Source of the DNA: Malacoraja senta
Lineage: Eukaryota
NCBI GenBank assembly: GCA_038087875.1
Contig: CM075993.1
Location: forward strand, 1,738,001 to 1,802,000
Reading direction: 5' to 3'
DNA: 64,000 nt
Both the position numbers and the translations under genes were made by a program. Below the pieces are notes generated by a model. That model searched no databases and was not told the origin of the DNA. It worked only from the letters and a program-made list of their open reading frames with translations. Of the stretch, positions 39,309 to 50,034 are shown piece after piece. Position 1 is the first letter of the stretch; each line of letters begins with the position of its first letter.

Positions 39309-41085
39309 GGATCTGTAGTTCAGTTCAGTTTTATTTGTCATATGTAGGTTAACACAGGGTCAACAGTACAATGAAATGTGTTTGACAACACAACGGGTCA
39401 CCTCAGCAATTATATTACAAGGATAAAAATAAGATCAAATAAGATAAAAGTGACATTGGTAGGTAAAAGACAATAATAAATAAAATAATCAACATATATG
39501 ATGTGTTTATGAGTTCAGAACCCTGATGGCCTGATGGTAAAAACTGTTCTTAAGTCCCCCCTAAACCAACATCTGCTGTTCCTTCCTACACATTACAGCC
39601 GTTGATTTATTTAATAAGGATTCAGTGCAGCATTAATTATTCAGTCATAGGAGAGGTGGGTTATTAAAAAAAAGTTGGATTTTAACCTTGGCCAGAGAGA
39701 AACATTTAACAATTTGAGCAACAGTAACTGAATTTTATTTTATTAGGGGGGAAAAAAGCACTGGTTTTGCCACAGAATCACCTGCAAAATAAAAGCTCAG
39801 TTCAGATGATCAGCCATGATCACCTTGTATGGCGGTGCTGGCTCGAAGGGCCGAATGGCCTACTCCTGCACCTATTGTCTATTGTCTATAGTATTGCACG
39901 TGTACCGAGGTACAGTGAAAGTTTTAATTTTAATATTTTTATTAGAAGCATATACATATAATAGCAGAACACGATTTGTTTACCAATTACATAGATACAA
40001 AGCTTCTATTTTTTTTATAATAATTTTTTTGTGAATGATAGAGCTGTAGAGAGAAAAAGAAATAAGATAATTTTTTAAAAATAAACTAATAGAGAGGGGA
40101 GGGAAAAAGGAAATGACCAATAACACAATTTTGGAGATAGGTCTGCAGATTATAAGGTGTAATTATTCATCCAGTCCTGGACTCAAGTTTTTAGTTGCCT
40201 GCTAACCAGTCAGCGGAAAGACAATACATGATTACAATCGAACCATGTACAGGGTATAGAGAGATTCAAGATTGGAGAGCGATTGTAATATGAGTTTGTA
40301 GATCTGATTGTGAAGCCAGCACACAGATAATCAGTCACCTGCGTTGGGACCATCTTGGAAGGTGGACTCGATTAGACACCACCGTTTGTACCGAGACATC
40401 ACCGTGTGAGCATTTATCTTGGCAAAGAATCATGAATTCACCAGGCCTAAACCGTTCTCCAGCTGCTACTGATTACATGCAGACTCTCTGATTTTTAGCA
40501 GATTAAAGACTAGCAGGTGAAACAAATGGCACAGCCAACCGCTTGCTGTTTTAATCGGTATCCAAACTAGCCTGGTCAACATGGAGAGACGCAAAATGCT
40601 GGAGTAACTCAGCGGGACTCTGGGGAGAAACAATGGGTGATGTTTCTGGTCGAGACCTTTCTCCGGTTCTCGACCCAAAACATCTCCCGTTCCTTCTCTC
40701 TGGAGATGCTGCCTGTCCCGCTGAGTTACTCCAGCATTTTGTGTCTATCTTCCAATTTCTTTACTGTATCTGAGGCATCCAAAACCAAGGCCATGAAGCC
40801 TGGCACCAGTTGTGGTTTGATGAAGAGTTGACCTCAGTTGTACTTGCTTTCCCTGTCTGGTTTGACACCTTCCTTCCTACCCACTGGTCAGCATGGGTTC
40901 AGATTAAGGACGGAAAGTGATCTCATCCTGTTATTTTTAGATCTTGCATCTGGAAAAAAAAAAGCTGCCTGTTTCTTGAGAATCCAATCTTGCCTCTCCT
41001 TCCTCACATGCTTTCAAAAAAGTAATTGCATTGCAGAGTTGTTGGCAGGATAAGAAAATCGTTGCTTTGAAGAAAGTTGAAGAGT

Positions 41086-41373
41086 GGCACAGTGGTGCAG
41101 CGGTAGAGTTGCTGCCTCACAGCACTAGAGACCCGGGTTCGATCCTGACTACGGGTGTTGCCTGTGCAGAGTTTGTACGTTCTCCCCGTGACCCGCGTGA
41201 GTTTTCTCCGACATCTTCGGTTTCCTCCCACACTCCAAAGACGTACTGGTTTGTAGGTTAATTGGCTTGGGGTATAAATGTAAATTGTCCCCAGTGTGTG
41301 TAGGGTAGTGTTTGGTGTGTGAGACTCGGTGGGCCAAAGGGCCTGTTTCCGCGCTGTATCTCTAAACTAAACT
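41086..41373 (+). mobile_element. HE1-like V-SINE
   Basis: A/B boxes, V-domain, tail. Further copies or fragments at about 16935-17060, 34425-34700, 38172-38445, 42540-42890, 43992-44262, 44870-45405 (two), 45510-45640, 46440-46683, 51063-51303, 56870-56995 and 59808-60035. Confidence 0.85.
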
Positions 41374-42000
41374 GAAGTTGTTTCTTTGCTCTGTCTTTGA
41401 TGCTTCAGTTTGAAGGAATAGGAAGGAAGTACATGGAAATAGTGAGACTGCCTCACCTTTACACCTGCACCTACTGCTGACACTAATTGAACCTTGCGGG
41501 CAGCATCTCAGTGAGTCATGCCCCATACATCCCACAAAGCTTTACCCACCAGCTGACATCTACGTGTTATATTGGTTTTAACTCTCTCTAAGCGGTGATT
41601 ATCTCTGTGTGCCTTGTGCTTAAATACATTTGCACTTTGTCAGGAGTGTCGAGAGAAAAAATACAGCGCAGTATTTGGATAGTGTCATTGGAAACATGAA
41701 CCACGAGAATGCACGCACATAACTTACGCCAAGAGCCAAGAGCTCCTTCAGATCCTATGTCGAGGGGCAATCAAAACTGTTTTATCACAAATATTCATTG
41801 CCAGCTTTAGTTTCCATCCTTTTGATTTTCAAGTCTTTGGAAGGTTGATTGCTCGGGATTTAGGGCGTAGATAGAGTGGATGTGGAGAGGATGCTGCCAC
41901 TTGTGGGAGAGTCTAGGACTCAGAATTGATGTGTCGAAAGGAACTGCAGATGCTGGTTTACACCGAAGAGTAATTCTTCAGTCTGCAGAAGTGTCTCCGC

Positions 42001-42136
42001 CTTCTTCTTTCGTGTGGCGTGCACAGCCTAAAGTTGTTGGACAACTTGTTCTATTTGATCTTCCGTTTGTGCACGTCGAGTTGATTGCATTAGTCGAAAC
42101 AGGGCAGACCACGTGAAGGTTGCAATCTTCCACCCC
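42001..42136 (-). mobile_element. Short non-autonomous retroelement with a 5' HDV-like ribozyme and a (GAA)n tail
   Basis: 5' end is the ribozyme G1; 3' end CACACGAAAGAAGAAG; flanked by direct repeat TGTCTC (41992-41997 and 42137-42142); interrupts a PLE-derived hammerhead motif. Confidence 0.8.
42083..42136 (-). ncRNA. Minimal HDV-like (CPEB3-type) self-cleaving ribozyme fold, 54 nt
   Basis: GGGGUGG AA GAUUGCA ACC UUCACGU GGU CUGCCCU GU UUCGA CUAA UGCAAUC. P1 7 bp with G1.U wobble; P2 7 bp perfect; P3 ACC/GGU; L3 UUCACGU fits UYCHCGY; J4/2 CUAA carries the catalytic-position C; P4 nearly absent. Confidence 0.85.
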
Positions 42137-45100
42137 TGTCTCGACTTGAAACGTCACCTATTCCTTCTATCCAGTGATGCTGCCTAATCCACTGAGTTAC
42201 TCCAGCATTTTGTGTCCAGCCTCAGAATTTTGTTTAGTTTTTTGCCCAATGAATAGAATGTTGGAACAGACTTGTTGGTCTGAAGGACTTTCTCTCAGTT
42301 CTACGTTTCTATATCCTTTCATTGGTGCATCTTCACCCAAGAATAAAGGAGATTCAGGTGTTGTCATTTAGCTCTTAGGGCTAATGGAATCAAGGGATAT
42401 GGGGAAAAAGCAGGAATGGGATACTGATTCTGGTTGATCAACCATGATCTTATTGATTGGTGGTGCTGGCTCAAAGGGCCAAATGGCCTCCTCCTGCGCC
42501 TATTTTTTATGTTTCTATGTCACAAGCTTTATTGGAGAGTCTGTTTAGAGATACAGCAGGGAAACAGGCCTTTTGGCCCATCAAGTCCACGCTGTCCACT
42601 GATCACCCGTTCACACTAGTTTTATGTTATCCCATTTTCTCATCCATTCTCTCCACACTCAAGTAACCGCCAAACTCGCGTTGTAGGTCGATCCTGACTA
42701 CGGGTGCTGTCTGTACGGAGTTTGCACGTTTCTCTGGGTGCTTCCCGCATTCCAAAGATGTGCGGGTTTGTAGGTTAATTGGCATCTGTGGATTGTCCCT
42801 AGTTTGTAGGATAGAACTCGTGTGTGGGTGATCGCCCCTCGCTGCAGACATGGTGGGCCGAAGGGCCTGTTTCAATGCTGTATCTATAAACTGCAGGCTT
42901 GGTTACTATCTCCATTCTTTTCTCCCCAACGTGACCCATCTAGCAATCAACCCCCCCCCCCCCTCCCCCCCTCACCTGGATCTACCTATCATAGATTCTT
43001 ACAGAGTGGAAACTTGCCATCACTTAAGATAGACACAAAATGCTGGAGTAACTCAACGGGACAGGCAGCAACAGTCAAGGGATATGGGGAGAAGGCAGGA
43101 AATGGGTACTGATTGTAGATGATCAGCCATGATCACAGTGAATGATGGCGCTGCCTCGAAGGGCCGAATGGCCTACTCCTGCACCTATTATCTATTGTCT
43201 ATTGCATCTCTGGAGAGGAGGAATGGGTGACGTTTCGGGTCGAGACCCTTCTTCACTTGCCCATATCTTGCTAGCAATCCATTATTTTTCTCTTTACTCC
43301 ATTAGTAGGGTCCCGACCCGAAACGTCGTCTGTCCAATTCCCTCCACAGACGCTGCCCGACCCGCTGAGTTGCCCTGGATGTTTGTCTTCTTTTTAACTC
43401 GAGAGTCCAGCATCTGCAACCTCTTGTGTCTGTGGAATTCTCTGCCTCAGAGGGCGGTGGAGGCGGGTTCTCTGGATGCTTTCAAGAGAGAGCTAGATAG
43501 GGCTCTTAAAGATAGCGGAGTCAGGGGAGAAGGCAGGAACGGGGTCCTGATTGGGGATGATCAGCCATGATCACATTGAATGGCGGTGCTGGCTTGAAGG
43601 GCCAAATGGCCTGCTCCTGCACCTATTGTCTATTGTCTGTTACTGTCAATCATTAGAACTCCTCGACTGTAAAATATTGCAGGGGGATTCCTGACATGAC
43701 AGCACATCCAGATGCGAGCCTTCCTTTCATTCCACGAGTTCTTGCTCTCAGTTAGTTCTGTATGTTGTTCTGTGTCTGCCTTCATCGCTGGCTGCTTACG
43801 ATCAACATCTGGAACGCAGTAAGATACTTTGACTGAGTGCGAGTTTTATGAAAACACTGGAACAACTAGAGGATATTGGCGAGTGAGTAAGTGCTGTCAT
43901 CAATTAGATATTCCTAAGTATGATCACAGATGTCAATGCTGTACATGTGGCACTGAAGCCAGACCTCTGCAGTGGACTTCCATGGACTCCAGTTTAGTTT
44001 AGAGATACAGCGCGGAAACAGGCCCTTCAGGTCCGCACCGACCAGCAACCCCCACATATTAACACTATCCTACACACACTAGGGAGAACTTTTTTTACAT
44101 TTACCAAGCCAATGTACCTACATAGCTGCAAACGAAGATCTCGGCGAAAACCCACGCGGTCACGGGGAGAATGTACAAACTCCGTACAGAAAAGCACCTG
44201 TAGTCGGGATCGAACCCGGGTCTCTGGCGCTGCAACTCCTACCGCTGCGCCACCGTGCCGCCCAGTATTGCCGGCAGTGATATCTCCCATTCAACAGGCC
44301 AACATTCCTCACTGTTGATCAGTTTTCCTGGTTAAGGGAAGAATGTTGGCAAGGCCACCGGGAGCAATCCCCGCCTTTCTTTCATTTGAGGAGTGTTGTA
44401 GAGCGGAGAGATCTAGGAGTGCGGGTTCAATGTGCAGGAAGCAACTGCAGGTGCTAGTTTATACCAAAGGTGGACACAAAGTGCTGGAGTAACTCAGCGG
44501 GTAAGGCAGCATCTCTGGAGAAAAAGGATTGGTGATGTTTCCGGTTCGACCCAGGACTGAAGAAGGGTTCAGACCCGTAAAGTCAACCGTCATTTTTCCA
44601 GCATCTGCAGTTCCTTCCTGCAGCTATAAACATAATTCTATGTTAAGCTGATTTAAACCTTGAAACACAGGCAACTCATCATGCCTGTTAATTTCTGTAC
44701 TTGCATCGAGAAAGTTAGGTTAAAATTAACCCTAAAGGATCATTTGTGGGAATTGAATGAGATCTTATTGAGGATTTATGGTATATTAATCTGTTGTGTT
44801 GTTACAATGGGCCCGTATAGCTGCTGCTCGTAAGGATTTCATTGTTCTGGCCTCGATACGTATGACGAGGGGGTACAATGGTGCAGCGGGTAGAGCAACT
44901 GCCTCACAGCACCATGAGACACGGGTTCAATCCTGACCTCGGGCGCTGTCTGTGTGGAGTTTGCACGTTTTCCCGGTGACCGCGTGGGTTTCCTCCGGGA
45001 GCTCCGGTTTCCTCCCACATCCCAAAGACGAGCGGGTTTGTAGATTAATTGGCCTCTGGGTTGAGAATGGGGTAACAAAGAACTAGTGATGACTGGTGAT

Positions 45101-46165
45101 TGAAGGTTGGCATGAATTCAATGGGCCGAAGGGCATCTCCAAAACTAAAACCTCACAGTGCCAACACCCCGGTTCGATCCTAACTACAGGTGCTGTCTGT
45201 ACGGAGTTTGTACGTTCTCCCGTGACCTGCGTGGGTTTTCTCCGGGTGCTCCGGTTTCCTCCCGCACTCCAAAGACGTATTGGCTTGGTATAATTAGAAA
45301 TTGTCCCCAGTGTGTGTAGGATAGTGTAAGTGTGCGGGGATCGCTGGTCGGTGCGGACCTGGTGGGCCGAAGGGCCTGTTTACGCACTGTATCTCTAAAC
45401 TAAACTACTCAGCAGGTCTAATAACATCAATGGGTTTGAGAAAAGGGACTGGTGTTTCAGTTGGGAGACCTTTCATCGGAACCTGTGAGGAAACTAGTTT
45501 CGTTGCACAGAGACCGAGACCACTCCGACCAGCGATCACCCCGTACACTAGTTCTATCCTATACACCAGGGACAGTTTACAGAAGCCAATTAACCTACAA
45601 ACCTGCACAGCTTTGGGATGTGGGAGGAAACCGGAGCACCCGGTCAGTGAAACTGGTCGGAGAACTAGGGTGGGGGAGGGACGGAGAGAGAGGGAAAGAA
45701 AGGGTTTCTTGACAGCCAGCCTGGAGAAGGGTCTCGACCCGAAACATCACCCATTCCTTCTCTCTCTCTGGCAGAGATGCCGTCTGTCCCGCTGAGTTAC
45801 TCTAGCATTTTGTGTCTATCTGAGGGTTACTTGAAGTTAGAGAAATCAATATTCATAGGGCTGGGTTGTAAGCTGCCAAAGGAAGAAGTTTGTTATTATC
45901 TGTCAGATCCTTTCAAAGGTGTGAGCTGTTTAGACTGATGCTGGGGTCAATATCCTGTCTCTCAGCTGCTCAGGGAGAGAGGCCTGGACTGTGATCAGGG
46001 GCACAGATGGAGGAAATGGTGCCCTTGGGCCTACTTCCATCTATTGTCACATTCGAGGTTGATCGTTGGCAGATGTCCCCTAAGTTGAGCTCAGGGTGGC
46101 ATTTTGTACGGCCTAACTCTATGTGAAGGATATACTTTTATTGAATCTGTTGCTAGGATGAAGGG

Positions 46166-46392
46166 TTTAAGGAGGAACTGCAGATGCTGGAAAATCGAAG
46201 GTAGACAAAAATGCTGGAGAAACTCAGCGGGTGCAGCAGCATCTATGGAGCGAAGGAAATAGGCAACGTTTCGGGCCGAAACCCTGAAGGAAATAGGCAA
46301 CGTTTCGGGACGAAACCCGGAAGGGTTTCGGGCCGAAACGTTGCCTATTTCCCTCGCTCCATAGATGCTGCTGCACCCGCTGAGTTTGTCTA
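46166..46392 (-). mobile_element. Mini palindromic PLE derivative, subfamily A, with TSD
   Basis: Direct repeat GCTAGGATGAAGGG (46152-46165 and 46393-46406); core nearly identical to the reverse complement of the 39074 element. Confidence 0.88.
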
Positions 46393-47037
46393 GCTAGGAT
46401 GAAGGGGCTGTCTTCGTTGCAACTTAGTTTCATCCAGAGATCCAGCGTGGAAATAGGTCCTTCGGCCCACCGAGTCCGCGCTAACCAACGATCGCCGGTT
46501 CACACTAGTTCTGTCCTACACGCACCAGGGACAATTTTACCGAGGCCAGTCGACCTACAAACCCGCACGTCTTTGTGATGTGGGAGGCACCTGAGGAAAC
46601 CCACACGGTCACAGGGAGAACACGTAAACTCCGCACAGACAGCACCCGTAGTGAGGATCGAACCTGGTCTCTGTGCCACTGTGTTACTCTATCTGTTCCG
46701 GTTTTCCCGCCACCTGCGAAACAGAATTTGACCAGATAATACTATTCATAAATATAATCCAGCCAGACTCCAGCACAGTGGAAACGGTAGCTCAAAGGGG
46801 AAGATGCAGAGTGCCGAATAAACTCTAGGTTTGTACGAGAAGTGCTGGGGAGTAGCACTGGCAGATTTTTCTCCATCAACAGGGGCAACAGGGTCTATTT
46901 TAGTGTTACATTTCAGTGATTCTAATAAATGGAGCCACAGTTTTGGAGTCTCGTTGCTGACGAGATGACAGTGCTGGAAGTGTATTAGCTGTCCAAGATC
47001 CTGCTCCCTATCGCCACCTAATGATCCTTGCTGGATG

Positions 47038-47960
47038 GTTTAGTTTAGTTTGGAGATACAGTGCAGAAACAGGCCCTTCGGCCCACCGGGTCCGTGCCGA
47101 CCAGCGATCCCCGCACATTAACACCATCCTACACACACTAGGGAAGAATTTACAATTTTAACCGAAGCCAATTAACCCACAAACCTCTGCGTCTTTGGAG
47201 TGTGGTAGGAATGTTGGCCTTTATAACGAGAGGAATCGAATATAGGAGCAAAGAGGTCCTTCTGCAGTTGTACAGAGCCCTAGTGAGACCACACCTGGAG
47301 TATTGTGTGCAGTTTTGGTCCCCTATTTGAGGAAGGACATTTCTTGCTATTGAGGGAGTGCAGCGTAGGTTTACAAGGTTAATTCCCGGGATGGCGGGAC
47401 TGTCATATGCTGAGAGAATGGAGCAGCTGGGCTTGTACACTCAGGAGTTTAGAAGGATGAGAGGGGATCTCATTGAAACATATAAGATTGTTAAGGGTTT
47501 GGACACGCTAGAGGCAGGAAACATGTTCCCGATGTTGGGGGAGTCCAGAACCAGGGGCCACAGTTTAAGAATAAGGAGTAAGCCATTTAGAACGGAGACG
47601 AGGAAACACTTTTTCTCACAGAGAGTGGTGAGTCTGTGGAATTCTCTGCCTCAGAGGGCGGTGGAGGCAGGTTCTCTGGATGCTTTCAAGAGAGAGCTAG
47701 ATAGGGCTCATAAAAATAGCGGAGTCAGGGGATATGGGGAGAAGGCAGGAACTGGGGCACTGATTGGGGATGATCAGCCATGATCACATTGAATGGCGGT
47801 GCTGGCTCGAAGGGCCGAATGGCCTACTCCTGCACCTATTGTCTATTGTCTATTGAAACCGGAGCACCCGGAGAAAATCCACGCGGCCACAGGGAGAACG
47901 TGCAAACTCCGTACAGACAGCACGCAAGGTCAGGATCGAACACGGGTGTCTGGCACCGTG
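47038..47960 (-). mobile_element. HE1-like SINE split by a plus-strand CR1 3' fragment (about 47205-47855)
   Basis: SINE tail on the left, SINE head on the right; CR1 RT C-terminus (LVRPHLEYCVQFWSP) and (TATTGTC)n tail in between. Confidence 0.82.
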
Positions 47961-48758
47961 AGACACTGTGTTATATCCTTTGTCAGATCCTTGAGATGAG
48001 CAGTTTTTAACGGTATAGATACACTTTTAAAGAAAAGGCAGGAAAGTTGATTCACAGTGCAGGTCAACCAATGATCTTGGTGAATGAGGAACAGCCTCAG
48101 AAGGCTGAGTGGTCTGTTTGAGCCCAATGTTTCCCTGTATAATCCCATCACTTTGGTTATGTTTCCCAAGATGCAGCACAGAACGCCACAGGAGATCCTT
48201 CTTCCTTGTGGCTATCAAACTGTACAACTCCACCCCCTTCTGTCGTGGGGTAGACTGAGACTGACTCCCCTTCCCCAATCTTTGCACATCCCCAAACCTT
48301 TCCACTCATCACTTTAATTTAGTGTTTATAATGGTTGAACACAAACTCAAAACCGACGCTAGGGTCGGGTGAGCAGGCGTAGGGAAAGGTAGTGGGATAT
48401 ATCTCCACTTCTTCCTTAGTTTTTCTCTTTTCTTTTTCGTGTCTTTTTCGAAATTCTTTTCTATTTCTTTTCTTTCTTTCCCTTTAAAAAAAAAAATAAT
48501 AATAATAATTTAGTGGTTCATGCAGCTTGTGTTTTTATGACTGTAGGCAGATCAATTTCCCTCCTGTGATCGATAAAGTTCTATGGTATTGTATGTGGAT
48601 TCTTTAACCCCTGATCAACATTTGCTTGTTTGTCAACCCTGCAGACACGTAGTTGATGTTGTCGGGGTCGTGAAGGGCAGTGCGTCGTCTGACGAGGCAG
48701 ACCTTCTGGCCTATCCTAATTCTGCCTTCCTCACCAACACTCGCCACCATCCTCAGCG

Positions 48759-48819
48759 ATGCCCTTCGCCATCTTGCTGGTGTGTTTCGCAATGCCTCTA
48801 CTGCTGGGACTTTGTAGAG
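48759..48819 (+). CDS. CD276: CD276/B7-H3 signal-peptide exon, coding part (MPFAILLVCFAMPLLLGLCR, phase 1); exon probably starts at 48645
   Basis: Hydrophobic 20-aa leader followed by donor G|GTAAGA. G+GA gives Gly in frame with the IgV exon (GLCRG-ALDIQVP). Upstream acceptor CCCTGCAG ends at 48644. Confidence 0.8.
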
Positions 48820-49944
48820 GTAAGACGCCAACTTTGCATCGCATTCGTCTGCTCGCCTTCCAAGGCACAAGGCAGGCGCAGTCGTGCAGCACAGAAGCAG
48901 GCCCTTTGGCCCAACTCGTCCATACTGGCCAATTGTTAAGAGCTTGGACAGGCTAGAGGCAGGAAACATGTTCCCGATGTTGGGGGAGTCCAGAACCAGG
49001 AGCCACAGTTTAAGAATAAGGGGTAAGCAGCCATTTAGAACGGAGACGAGGAAACACTTTTTCTCACAGAGAGTGGTGAGTCTGTGGAATTCTCTGCCTC
49101 AGAGGGCGGTGGAGGCCGGTTCTCTGGATGCTTTCAAGAGAGAGCTAGATAGGGCTCTTAAAAATAGCGGAGTCAGGGGATATGGGAGAAGGCAGGAACG
49201 GGGGTACTGATTGGGGATGATCAGCCATGATCACATTGAATGGCGGTACCTGGCTCGAAGGGCCAAAAGGCCTACTCCTGCACCTATTGTCTATTGTCTA
49301 TTGACCAAAATGCTCCATCTACGATTGTCCCATTTTGGCCCATAGTCCTTGAAGCTTTCCATAAGACAGAGGAACAGAATGAGGCCATTAAACCCATTGA
49401 GTCTACTCCACTATTAAATCATTGCTGATCTATTTTCCCACAGAACTCCATTCTCTTGCCTTCCCCCATAATCTTTGACGCCCTTCCTAATCAAGTACCT
49501 ATCAATCTCCGCTTGAAAATACCCAAGTTGGCCTCCGCAGCCGTCTGTGGCAATGAATTCACCACCCTCTGGCTTAAGAAATTCTTCCTCATCTCCTTTG
49601 TAAACCAACCCAGTCTTACTACTTTCCAAACAATCGATGGGATAGCTAAACAAACTTTCCTGGAATTTCCTTGCTGCATGTATGAAAAAGTTGGTCATGA
49701 CCAGACTGGCTCGTTCATGTTAGTTTGTTGTTTCCAGGTGAACCGAGAAAAAATGACAAAACTTTGTCTGCTATCCTTTCAAATCATGCTGTACACGAGA
49801 ATAATCAAACCACACAGAAGTAGGGCGTGAAGAAGGGTCTCGACCCGAACTGTCACCCATTCCTTCTCTCCAGAGATGCTGCCTGTCCCGCTGAGTTACT
49901 CCAGCATTTTGTGTCTATCTTTGGTGTACACCAGCATCTGCCAC

Positions 49945-49947
49945 GCG

Positions 49948-49980
<33 letters not shown>

Positions 49981-49984
49981 ACGC

Positions 49985-50032
<48 letters not shown>
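49945..50032. repeat. (CA)n/(CACACG)n microsatellite; degenerate GT-rich tract at 50260-50470
   Basis: Direct inspection. Confidence 0.9.
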
Positions 50033-50034
<2 letters not shown>

